From Eledone cirrhosa (lineage: Eukaryota), in the NCBI GenBank assembly GCA_964016885.1, contig OZ024743.1, positions 282,224,001 to 282,288,000 on the forward strand: a stretch of DNA of 64,000 bases, given 5' to 3'. Shown here piece by piece: positions 52,272 through 64,000 of this stretch. The translations under genes and the position numbers were made by a program. A model generated the notes under the pieces. It did not search any database. It saw only the letters and a program-made list of their open reading frames with translations, and had not been told where the DNA came from. Numbering within the stretch: position 1 is the stretch's first letter; each line of letters starts with the position of its first letter.

Positions 52272-53799
52272 TTTATCAACAGAGTAGTCTGCGTAATACA
52301 ATTTTTCCATTGGACAAAATAAATTCTATTTTTCACGTTTAAATTTTCCAGATGAGGGTAGAAAATATCGTGTCTAATTAAAATTATAACTAAAAATGAT
52401 AAATTTCAGTCATTTTCAAAATATAGAACTTATAAAAATCAGCGTTGAGGCAAGAATTTTTAACCGGTGATTGCTAAACATAGGTTCCAGATAATAACAA
52501 AGCTCAGGATATACTGCACTAGAAAAGAAACTTGAGATAACAAGTGGTATAAATAAAATAACAGAAGTTGATATATTTTAATTAACATATATGTTATGTG
52601 GATAAAAGTTTCTACTTGGCGTCGAGCTTGTTTCTTTTGTATCGTAATCTTGGTTTTTTCGATAAAAGTTTTATTTAAATTCAAAATTATTGTGCATAGC
52701 ATAAAAATAATCATCCTCAGGTTGGTCAGTGAGTTCGCTGAATTTGGATGCAATACTATGTGCATACCTAGTCCCGACTTCCTTATCTACCAATGCTAGA
52801 GCTGTTCTGCTCGAGAACGGGTCGTAAGTGTCGGATAGTGATACGGCCACCAGATATGATGGCTAGTTGCGATATAAGCGGGCAACTGCTGGACGAATAA
52901 GCAGTCCCGGACCAACAATAGTTTGGACTATTGTTACTCGGTACAGTGCATAGTTCGCAGATCAGAGAGTCACTCCATGTAGAGCCGCTACTTCTCCGAA
53001 TTGAGAGATCACAGCTCTAGGCATGTGGTTAGAATGTCTCAGGAAAGAATCGTTGGACAGATTATAAGGGGCGAAACCAACCGGTAGGAGACCCTGGAGT
53101 AGACCCCAAGCAAGATGGTTGGATAACATCCATGAGCTCGGCTGGACTCGCTTGGGGATCCAGCCGGATCAGTTGGAGACGGTTGCTTCTGACAGGAACT
53201 GCTGGAGAGAGCGTTTGAGGACTCTGCCCCCACGATCCTCTCAGCAATAAGTGGGCGAAGAAGAAGAAGAAAATAAACATCATAAGAAATCTAAATCAAT
53301 ATAAAATAAACATGTTCCCATATATGTATAATCATATTTGAGGACTCCATTAAATTGAAGGGGAAAATTTTCCAAATTGAAAATCGAAAATGTAAACGTA
53401 AACAACTGAAAATTGTATTTAAAATTGAAAAACAAAATCGACACTGTTATATGCAATGGAATATTATAGTAAATGCGAAAAATATATATGTATGTATTAT
53501 GTATATATGAACCCATAACTCCTGACGAAGTCGTAGGAGCATCGTCATGAGCATTTTAAACCTGGCAGACACCATCCCTTCTCCAGATCTTAACCCAACC
53601 CATTTCTTCCAGAGAAATAAATAATGAGGAAGTGAAAAAGAGATGTAGAGGGAAAATCCACCCCAATAATGGACTGATACTTTTTTTATCGACCTCGAAA
53701 GAATGAAAAACAAAGTTGACCTCGGCCCAACTGCCAATTTCCTACCACTCACACACATATAAAGTGGGAGAAATCATGCACACTAAATTACACGTCACA

Positions 53800-54230
53800 G
53801 CAAGGGGTGCAAGAGTTTCCTTCTAATCATTTTTAGGGCAATTCAACACACTTGCAGCATTGCCACACATGATAGCAAGGCTAAGATGCTGGAAGAACCA
53901 AGCACATTCGCAGGCATCACCCGATACATCAGTAAGACAAGCTGCCAACAATAACAGGAACTGTGTTGTCAGCAAAGCAGCTCCCACAAATGTTTTGAAC
54001 ATTACTGCCCGGAAAGATAAAATTGTTTGCTGATAATTCTTAGTATTTTAGGCAATCCATGAAGACCTGTGGAGTCAAGGTATCTGCCATGACATTTCAA
54101 TATCCCAGGAACATTGGTAACCACTCTGAATGCAGTAGAGATGTGGAGCTCATTCAGTCTGAGTAGGCCACCAATGTTTGTCACAAGCAAAGCATCATTC
54201 CAGTCCCCTGAGAAAATGAACAGCACCTTG
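53800..54230 (-). mobile_element. CRE-like remnant, inverted copy
   Basis: GRYLDSTGLHGL; minus strand also carries a WFFQHLSLAI-like segment. Confidence 0.65.
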
Positions 54231-55369
54231 ATAATTGATCAGATTGAACAAAGCGAAAGTTAAAAATGTCTCTTGGACTAGAACTTTCCCCAACATGAAA
54301 TCCCTAAGGTTGTCCTCAAACTTAGTTTTAGGAATGCATTCAATTCCATCAGTCATGGTGTCATTGTCAGCTCAGTGAAGGAGACGGCCCCAGCACTCTA
54401 CTACTTTGTTTAGCAGGCTTATCAGGAGCCCTTCCATCTCTCCTGTGGTGGCTAATTCATTCTATCTGCTTCAGGAGTCCAACAAAGCAACCCTCTTAGG
54501 TATGCCCAAATAGTACTAGTTATAAATAACATTATTAAGATAGGGCGGTGAATTGGCAGTATCGGTAGAGGGTTGGACGCCATGCTTTCTAGCATAGTTA
54601 CGTCCCTTTACAGTATGAGTTCAAATCCCGCCAAGGTTAACTTTGCCTTTCATCCTTACAGGGTCGATAAAATAAAGTACCAGTAATGTACTGGGTAATT
54701 GCTGGCCTTGTGCCTAAAGTAGAAACAATTATTAAGATAGGGCCAACCTGGATTCGAATGTCTGATGTCTTATTCGTATTGGCCTTCATGTCAACAGTTC
54801 CAACTGTGGACTGGTTCCCTAAATTTTCCCCTCCATTGTGGTCCCTCATCCATTGGCATGGTGCTCTCAAGGAACTCCAATTAGTAACTTAGCTTTCGAG
54901 CTCACCTTCCTTTCCAAGCTGGCAAACCTCAAACATTGATGTAATTGAATCTCCATCAAGTTTTTTTTTGTATATAGGATTCTTAAGTTATTGTATATGC
55001 GCAGAGTCAAACCTTCATATAGGTTTTTGTCATCTCTGCAATGTTTTGACAACCTAATCTTCAGGAAATGATTTTGGGGCCTAGATCTATATAAGTATAT
55101 AAGTGCTCTTCACTTTCTCTCCCCTGCTTTATATTTCCATCCATGCTTGCTCCTCTATGGTGGGTAACATCCTTTCCTTCCTGACATTGACCAACTCCAA
55201 CAGGGAAATGGATTAAGCTCCACTATAGTAAATAGAGCTGGGTTTGTTAGTTCCTAATGCCAAGCAGGATAGATTGAGTCTGAAACAACTTATGATTAAG
55301 AGACAGTTTCAACTCTTTCATTAATCTGATCAATAGTTAAAATGCTGCTTACATTTTGTGATTACCAAA

Positions 55370-55990
55370 TTCTTGAGTGTCTAGGTTGATGCTTTGGCAA
55401 TGGTGTCCTGCTGGGTCTGAATGAGCTTTGCATCTCCATTACTTTCAAAGTCAGAGTCAGTGTCTATGGGGAAATTAAATGTTATTCTGATAGGCACCTT
55501 GACTCCATAAGGCTTCATAAATTGTCATGCTGCCTAAATGCAGGTTGCTTTACCGAACTGAGCCTAACTATCAAGCAGACTGTCAATAACCCCTCAATTC
55601 TGGTGCTAGCCAGATTGTCTAGGATTGATGAGAAGCCAGATGGTCTTACTCTTAGACCCTGGACAAGATGTTGATGATTCATTTGGGGCACCACAGCAAC
55701 TACTTTGCTCTATCCCCCATCCTGGACTCTTCAGTAAAGGTGTGGGGTCACCAAATCCACGGGTGAATGGAAGAACATTATAAAATATTAGTAATTATCA
55801 GTAAACTATTTTTTCAACCTGTGGTATCAGAAGGATTTGGGAAAGCTGAACCACTGACAATAAAGTTCTTGTCATTGTTGTCAGCTTGCCATACTAATAT
55901 ATCAGGTGATGTGTGTGAGTGTGTTTGGTTATTCCAGTGTCTTAATCTCACTATCATCAATTACAATACTGCAAGTGAATTGGCTTTCCT
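55370..55990 (+). mobile_element. CRE-like remnant, older copy
   Basis: KPDGLTLRPW, FFQPVVSEGFG and WLFQCLNLTII motifs, homologous to 59600-60145. Confidence 0.65.
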
Positions 55991-56464
55991 TAAAAAATAT
56001 TAGAAGAAAGCTTGAACGACCTTTGTTGTGGCATGTGATTGGGTGTGGGTGTCTTCTCCCACTTCCCTCTCTCTCTAATATAAACTGTATTTATTGGTAT
56101 CAATAATTATGTAATATCAAAGTATTTGAGGATAAAGTACTTATGTATATGTAATAGAGTCCACTATCTTGGCACTGCCAACTGTATTCTACAATATCTG
56201 TGAGCATGGTTCACCTGGAGCTTTTTGTCTGCAGTCCCGTGAAAGAGCGAACCATCATTGATGGAGTTACCAGAAATGATATAGAAAATATCTAATCCTA
56301 ACATTTAAAATAAAAAAATCAAACACCAAGTCATACTCGATTACTACTAACTTCCAAGAGAGCATTTGGAAGGAGAGACAGTGAGACAAGGAAAGAGAGA
56401 GAGAATCAAATTCATAAAAGGTATAAAATATTATAACAAACACGCTCCTGTATACCATATATTT

Positions 56465-57160
56465 ATCATCATCATCATCATCATCAACGTTTAACGTCCG
56501 TGTTCCACGCTTGCATGGGTTTGGACGGGGGTAGTCCCACTTGAGGCAAGAGTGATTGTCTTGCTCGCATAGGACTGTCTGGCAGGTTTTCTACAGTTGG
56601 ATGCCCTTCCTAACACCAACCACATTTACAGTGTGGGTCTGGGAGGTTTTTACCGTGTTGCCTACACGGCCACATTACAGCGTGGACTGTGTGTTTTTTT
56701 GTCGTGACACCTACACGATCTCATTTGTTTCGGCCTCGATGGCGCGGCACCAACATAACTTTACATAGAACGGGGTGGTGTGGATCGGGTGGGGGTGGTG
56801 GTGGTGGGACGGGGTGTATTTTGTTAGAGATGCCTACTGGCTGGAGTAGGTTTTACTATATATTTAGGTAAGGCGGGTCTTCTCTGTTACTGAGTACCGC
56901 CAAAGGTCTCGGTCCAGTGACATTGTCTTGGAGAGGTGTAAGTGTGTGATGTCGGAGTTTATCAGCTCGTCCCAGGTTTTTCTAGGTCTGCCTATTCCGT
57001 GACTACCGTCTATCTTTATTGCCCTGCACTTTGTTATACAGCTATCGACTTTCATGCGCATCACGTGTCCATACCAACGTAGCCTTCTCTCGAGTAAACA
57101 ACATCTGATCCCTCTTATCTCTAATTTTTTCCTATGTTCGTTTATGCTTTGCCGTTCACG
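56465..57160 (-). mobile_element. RTE 3' end fragment with (CAT)n tail
   Basis: MRMKVDSCITKCRAIKIDGSHGIGRPRKTW; homologous to 4600-5200. Confidence 0.88.
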
Positions 57161-58629
57161 TATATATATATATTGCTTAATATAATACTTTCAAATCCCA
57201 CCGAGGTTAACTTTGCCTTTCATCCTTACGGGGTCGATAAAATAAAGCACCAGAAATGCACTGGGGTAATTGTTGGTCTTGTGCCAAAAGTAGAAACAAA
57301 TATTATAACACTTTCAGTGTACAATACTATATACCAAATGCTGACATAGTGGATCTATTTATTTTTATGCATTTTTCATATATATACATATATACATTTT
57401 ATTTATTACGAAAGTATACTCACAAAATTACCTGTCATATGAGGGTAACATTAATAACATTCTAGTCTTAGTTTTGAAATAAGTTCGTGTTTCATAATTT
57501 GGTTGTTTTAAACTGATTTATATCGTTTTGTTGGTCAGTAACAAAGGGAAACAATTCTTGCAGGCAGTCATCTGTATGTTTCAAGATTTATGTCCCTTCG
57601 ATTATTAACCTGATTCGATTTCAAATCTATATCATTTCTACACTTCAGAGGTTTCTCAACCTTTTTACTCTTATGAAACCCTTGAAATAGTTTTCATGTC
57701 TCAGGGAATCTCTGCATAAACATTTTTATGTACCACTATTAATGTCTATCTCTTTAATATTTTTATTCATGTAGTAAACATTTTTTCGGATAACTAGTTT
57801 AAGGAAAAAATTACCCCCTTTTTTTGTCAAATTTGGAATGCAAACAAAAAATCATACTGCTCCTTTATGAGACCTCACACCACGGTTTTCACTCACAAAA
57901 AAAAAATCTGTAAATATACAAAAATAAACTTAAATAACCAATACCAAATATGCACAACACATATAAACAGAACGAAATCAGATAACTATTACAATAACTT
58001 ATCGTTTATTGACAATGTTGAAAAGGCATCAGACAAATAGAAGTGAAATGCTCTATGAACAAATAAATGGGCCAAGGAAATATTATTTTCAAAGCCGCAT
58101 TAGATATTAAAATTTGCTCCTCTAATGTGAAACCTGTGCTTGTCTTTTGCTACACAAAAACTTAATATGAGGTCAACTTTAGATAAACACACACGGATTT
58201 CATTTTCAGCTAAAAGGAAAATATTTCTGTCTTTGCTGTGTGTTTCTGTGTGTCCTTCAACATATAGACAACAGATCAGACTTAAAAAAAAAGACTGTGA
58301 CATTTGTTCGCCATACTTAAGTGTATATATATATATAATTGTTTCTACTTTTGGCACAAGGCCAGCAATCAACCAGTGTATTACATGTACTTTATTTTAT
58401 CAACCCCATAAGGATGAAAGGCAAAGTTAACCTCGGCGGGTTTTGAACTCAAAATGGCAAGGGCCGCGTAACTCTATGCGTCAAAGCATGGCGTCCGACC
58501 CTCTACCGATACTGCCAATCCACGGTTCATACATTAATTGGAAAGGCAGATAATACATATACGTAAAGTGTAGAATTATTTTACAAGGAAAATGTTGACA
58601 GGCTAGCACTTGTCTTATGAATACATATA

Positions 58630-59046
58630 CAGAAGACCCGCCTTACCTAAGTACAAAGCGAAACTTAGTCAGTAGGCACCTCTTAATCAAATATACACCC
58701 CTATCCCACTACTCCAACTCCCCCACCCCCACCCCATCAACACTACCCCTTTCTCTGTAAAGTTATGTTGGTACCACAACATCCAATCCTAAATAAATGA
58801 GGTCGTGTAGGTGTCACGACAAACAAAAAAAACACAGTCCACGCTGTAATGTGGCCGTGTAGGTAACACGGTAAAAGCCTCCCAGTCCACACACTAAACG
58901 TGGTTGGTGTTAGGAAGGGCATCCAGCTGTAGAAAACCTGCCAGACAGTCCTATACGAGCGAGACGACCAATCTTGCCTCAAGTGGGATAATTCCCGTCT
59001 AAACCCATGCTAGCGTGGAAGATAGACGTTAAACGATGATGATGAT
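58630..59046 (+). mobile_element. RTE 3' UTR fragment
   Basis: Reverse-complement match to 56465-56885; (GAT)n tail. Confidence 0.85.
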
Positions 59047-59259
59047 AGTTAATTTGTGGTGTGTGTATATTTTACCGGCGGCGTAAATACGGGTAACGAT
59101 CTGGTTATAATATAAGATGTTGAACTCTTTTATAACAGCCAAGGATTTTGCAACAATATGCCGTTCGTGTATAGTAAAATTACGAATATAAAATTACACA
59201 AATTACACAAAAATGCATTAGCTTATTTATCACTGATTATCTCAGAACCCCTAATGACC

Positions 59260-60145
59260 AAACGCTGTCATTCTACTGAATTGCATATTATTCTATTGGT
59301 TTCGGCTATTTAACTGTGGCCATGCTAAGGACACCGCCTCAAAGGGATTTAGTTGATAATACCGACCCTAATGTTCGTCCCTCTCTCTCCCTTGCTTCCT
59401 TTCTTCCACCCACGCTTGCTCCACCCTGGTGAGAAACATCCTCTCCTTTCCAACAATGAAGCTCTCCAACTATGGCGTGAGTTGGGCTTGTCTTTTCCTG
59501 ACAAGGTGGAGGACGGTCGAAGTCAGAAAGCTTGGGACAGCATAAATTCGAAGGCCACCAGTCGGATCAGTTTTCAAAGTGCCGCTTAGTGTCTGGCAGC
59601 GCCAAATACTCAGGCGACTGATTCGATGCCCTGCCCGTGGTTAATGTTGGTGGTCTACTCACCTTGTTCGTATCTCCATTGTATCTCCGAGTGGGAACTG
59701 ACGTCTGTACGGGTCTGAGGGTTCGATGTGACAAGCTCCTCGACTCCACCGGCCTCCATGGTCTTTCTTGCGGCCTGAATACCGGTCGCTTCGTGCGTCC
59801 CGGTAATTCTAGTGCCAGCTAGACTGTTAAGAGATAATTTGAAAATGCCAGATGGTCTTACCCTTGTGACTCTTTCGCTCCTTCCCACATCCTGGATACA
59901 GCGATAAAGTTAAGGGTGGCCATCCACCCGTGGGCGAATAGAATAAAATTCTAAAATACCAGGGATATTCAGCAAACTGATTTTTACAGCCTGTGGTGTT
60001 TGTGGGAGCTGGGCCGCTGACGACGAAATTCTTGTCATCGTTGGCGGCTTACCTTACCAAAGTATTAGGTGATCCCCGCGAAGGTGCTTGGTTATTCCAG
60101 TACCTTAGTCTCGCTATCACCCGTGGCAATGCTGCGAGTGTGTTT
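59260..60145 (+). mobile_element. CRE-like (restriction-like endonuclease) non-LTR retrotransposon remnant
   Basis: SQKAWD, CDKLLDSTGLHGLSC..N.GRF, PDGLTL and WLFQYLSLAITRGNAASV motifs. Confidence 0.75.
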
Positions 60146-60147
60146 CT

Positions 60148-61060
60148 TATCTTAGCTGTGATCTCTCAATTAGAAGTAGCGGCTCTACCTGGAGCGACTC
60201 TCTGATCTCCGAGCTACGCACTATGACGAATAACGTTACGACAAAGACGTATTCTTTCGGTCATTACCCAAGATTTATGACCATATGTAAGGGTTGGCAT
60301 GAATACAGAATTGACGACAGCGAGTTTGTCTTTTAAATCAACCAACCTTCTGATTACTGAATGTTGAAGCTGGTGCATTACTGCACCAGCTCCTGCAATT
60401 CTTGCACTTAATTCAGTCTCCTGCCTTCCATCACTCCTGATCACGTCCCCGAGATACTTGAACGTCACCTGCTTCAGTGGAACTCCATTCACAAGTATAG
60501 TGTGTGTAGCAGTTATTTGATACTCTCTGCAATAGGGCTTCATTTTTTTATAATCGGCCACCAAAAGTTTTACTTCCAAACGACACGGAAGAGCTGTTTC
60601 TCTTTATCCCGGGTTGGTGCCAGTTGTCTGGAGAGGCTGGCAGGCCTGAGGTTAAATGAGATGTTTTCTCTATGTCATTTGACTCTTGTTTCTCGAGTTG
60701 CTCAAGCACTAGAGAGATATAGCGTTTAACTAAACACTCCAACCCAGTCAACAGGGTTGGACTACTTTGATAAAGGTTAGTTTATGCATTTGGTCAGATT
60801 ACTACTACATTCATGCAAACACACAATTCACTCAGTTCTTTGTTGTTTTCCTGTTTTATCGACAATAGCTTCGAAGTAAGATATTTTTTGAAGACCTGCT
60901 GCAGTGTGAATATTTGGTCGGCTATGCTGCGGCCGGGACAAAATTGTTCATCAGCTATCTCCCTATTTTGCCAGACACTTAGCATAGACTTTACTGAGTA
61001 GGCTTAACAAGGAGATCCCTCTATAATTGGAACAATCTCTCGTGTTTCCCTTTTTTGAAA
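60148..61060 (-). mobile_element. Second RTE-type LINE family, decayed RT fragment
   Basis: NYRGISLL, FCPGRSIADQIFTLQQVF, FKYLG and PTLTYGHKSW motifs; related 3' ends at 26330-26630(-), 28205-28560(-) and 52945-53272(+). Confidence 0.85.
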
Positions 61061-61283
61061 ATTGGGTTCGGAGCAACCCTAGACAATTAGCATTAAAAAA
61101 TCGACGTTGAAAACGGAAGTTTACTTCGATAACAGTTATTCTCCGGCATGTTGCATTTGCTTTTTTTTTTTTTTATTTTTTTTATTTTTACTAAAGACTA
61201 GTAGTAGAAGAGTAGAAACGAAATGCAAATAAAACATTAATTACTAACACTAAACTATCAAACAACTTATAATTTACAAAACT

Positions 61284-61290
61284 AAAAAAA
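61284..61290 (-). terminator. Pol III oligo-T terminator of tRNA-Trp
   Basis: T7 run 2 nt after the discriminator base on the minus strand. Confidence 0.8.
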
Positions 61291-61292
61291 TT

Positions 61293-61364
61293 TGACCCCG
61301 ACGTGATTCGAACACGCAGCCTTCTGATCTGGAGTCAGACGCGCTACCGTTGCGCCACAGGGCC
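61293..61364 (-). tRNA. tRNA-Trp (anticodon CCA)
   Basis: GGCCCTGTGGCGCAACGGTAGCGCGTCTGACTCCAGATCAGAAGGCTGCGTGTTCGAATCACGTCGGGGTCA: 72-nt cloverleaf with intact A/B boxes and two G·U pairs in the acceptor stem. Confidence 0.96.
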
Positions 61365-61794
61365 TACCGACACAAAATGGCTCCAAATATAAGTATTTAA
61401 TCAGAGTATATGATTGATTTGTCGACAATTGTTTTGTAGTTCTCTTTAATTAAACGAAATTTTATATTGAAAACATTTAATAACTCTATTTCTTTCACTT
61501 CCTACTTTAAAAATCCATTTCCTGCAATGCAATAAAAAAAATTACTTTCTTCATTGTCCTGATCTTTCAATTCACCCTTCATATAATTTGTGGTATACAA
61601 CACCGTAATTACATAAATAGTTTCGAAGAAAGAGGAAAAAATAAAAATACTGGGTATTAATTCATATTTTATAAGCAATTAAAATAAAATAAACTTAGTA
61701 AATACTAAATTACATATTACTTGCTACGAAACTTTGGATAGAAATATCTGGAATATATGGGTTATTAGTAAACATATTTACACTACTTAGAACT

Positions 61795-61860
61795 ATGGAG
61801 ACGGCGCACATGTTCAGTGAGGATTATTTGGCTGAGAGAAAAGCTGAGGTGTCTCGAAAG
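61795..61860 (+). CDS. ASDURF: Putative ASDURF-like microprotein, coding exon 1 (METAHMFSEDYLAERKAEVSRK)
   Basis: ACTATGG start context, 22 codons, AAG|GTTTAT donor (weak); C-terminal KAEVSRK resembles human KEDLSSK as recalled. Confidence 0.55.
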
Positions 61861-62619
61861 GTTTATTACAATTTGTATATATCTGGTTATTACTTTTATA
61901 CTTTAGCCATAATTTGTTCTCATCTATTACATTGTATATTTTCAACATTGAAAACCGTCAACTAGCTCCATCACTAAGAAATTGCCATTTCCGATTGGCG
62001 TTATTTATTTCTACTAATGATAGTAAAACAGTTGTTTTATCACACCATAATACTGTCCCTGGAAAAAAAAGAGACGACCCTAACCATATGAATGAGGTGG
62101 GTGTGGAGACGAATGAAAAAACCCAGTTGTAAAATATTAAAGTGTGCTAGTAAAATTTCACTCTTCGCCATTAATCCACTTTCATTTTAACATGTTCTCA
62201 TTATGTCGCACTAGAAGGTAACAATTAAAAAACGGTTCCTCTAAGATATTTATTTTTACGTCAAAATGACCTTTTTATGTCAAGTAGTCGTCAATACTTT
62301 ACATCGACTATTCTCTCGTACACGTTCACTTTATGTCAAGCTCAACATTTTCGTCGCATCATATCGTGTATCTTGTAATACGTTCTCTGTGTGCTAGAAT
62401 CTATAATCAACTACACTTTACGTGGGCTCCCAAGCAGAGAAGGATTTAACAATCTGCTATGTGCTTGTCATGAATGATAATATCAGTATTTTATTATTGT
62501 TTCTAGTTAAAATCATGAAGTACTAAACTATATACCAACTTTAGCTATATCTAGGTTTATCTGTAACTACCTCATCACTCACTGTCAATATATACTGTTT
62601 GTTCTCAATTTGTTTTCAG

Positions 62620-62673
62620 CTTCAAGAATGTATTGTACAGCAGGATGAACTTAAAACTATTAAAAAAGATGCT
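62620..62673 (+). CDS. ASDURF: Putative ASDURF-like microprotein, coding exon 2 (LQECIVQQDELKTIKKDA)
   Basis: Strong TGTTTTCAG acceptor and GTAAGT donor, 54 nt, phase 0-0; aligns without gaps to human [18 protein letters not shown] as recalled. Confidence 0.62.
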
Positions 62674-64000
62674 GTAAGTATTTCGTTAGTACATGGTTTT
62701 TGTGTTTATCCGTTATTAAGTATATTTAACTATTTGGATACTAATCCACCCTAGTCAGTGCCTGATTTACTGTTATGCCTTTTTGTGTTACAGGGCCTCG
62801 TTGGTCGGGGGCATATCCCGGCCCAAAATTTTTTTATTTCCTTCAGGGCCCAACTAAGGGGCCTCATTCGTCCTATATCCGGCACTGGCCCTAATTTTAT
62901 AATATAAAACTGCCTATTTTAAAATGTGCATAATATTAAAACCTTCCATCATAATTATATTGATGAAATTTTTGTAGCGTTCCAAAAATCAGCTTACTAA
63001 TGAAAAAGTTAGTCGAGAGGACTTAGTTGCACCTGAGGCACTACAACCTCTTTAATATTGGTAATCTACATGATAAATGCACACATTCTGTGAAGTGGTT
63101 GGAAGGGCATCCAGCTATACAAAGCGTGCCAAACAAAAGGTCAGGAGGTGTCTTCATGGACATGAAAACCTCCCTAGTTTTAGTGATCCACACAATAAAC
63201 CATCACCTGGTACACTTCTGTAAAGTGATTGGTGATAGGAAGGGCATCCAGCTGTAGAAAACTTGCCAGACAGAGTTTAGAAGACACTTAAGCTATACCA
63301 AGGTCATGGCAACTTCCTTTGTGTTGATGTCATGATAAAATGCACTTGGTAGAGTATGGAGGTCAAAGGTTTAAGTACTGGCTGATCTGTGATGACATGT
63401 CCAACTCTTATCAATAGTGAAAACAAAATGATGATGAGTTATTTTATTTAATTCCTCCAAATTTTTTATTATCTTCAAAATAAATTGAAACATAATCAGT
63501 GTGTTTCATTAGAAATATGGTAAAGTGGTTATTCCTTAGAGGTACCATCAGTTGATTGAGATTTCTGGATCTAAAGAATCATATGTAAGGACATTAATAT
63601 TTGGATAAACTCTGCACAACAATAACTATTAATGACTATCATATTTTAGGCAACTAACCTTTAGTGTATTGGTTGCACATTTAGCGTAGAGAGAATAATG
63701 ATTAAAGAAAATATGACCTAATCTGCATCTATTTTTCAATGCTAGTATGTTGCAATGGTACTGGAATTGTTTTTTTTACAGAGGGATGCTTTTCCTACAA
63801 GTAGCCACTAAACCATGCTCAATTAAGCATATTGAATTAAATAGTTTTATATCTTCCTCACTCAGAGTAGAGTACTACAATACTATAGGTTTCAACTGAT
63901 GATCAGTAATCCAGCATCTTACTACCAGAATTATAATACCTCATTAAAATAATTTGTTAGAATCATCATCATCGTTTAACGTCCATATTCCACGCTTGCA

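Noticed and set aside
52807-52905. Possible HDV-like ribozyme (CTGCT..CGA-N7-TCG..CGAATAAGCAG)
   Set aside because: The loop GAACGGG does not fit the L3/P1.1 consensus and no P1 was found.

Overview
AT-rich, repeat-dense eukaryotic DNA. The SINE/RTE repeat content suggests a coleoid cephalopod such as Octopus (inference, not proven). The main gene is NAA35/MAK10 (NatC auxiliary subunit) on the minus strand. I reconstructed 13 coding exons by hand (ATG at 52271 to the exon ending at 20029, 468 codons, all phases compatible); its C-terminal exons were not found and probably lie left of position 1. At the right end a tRNA-Trp(CCA) gene (minus) sits head-to-head with two small plus-strand exons resembling ASDURF, the prefoldin-like uORF microprotein of ASNSD1. 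Introns contain decayed RTE LINEs with a PHD-like finger, a CR1/L2-type LINE, CRE-like remnants, tRNA-derived SINEs, piggyBac/hAT/mariner MITEs and non-autonomous Helitrons. The most notable signal is four fold-back elements inserted in (TA)n tracts that carry type-I hammerhead ribozyme motifs, typical of Penelope-like pLTR remnants. Two divergent neighbours share a non-canonical core (CCGANGA, C·A closing stem II) with compensatory variation elsewhere. All calls were made by eye; no searches were run.
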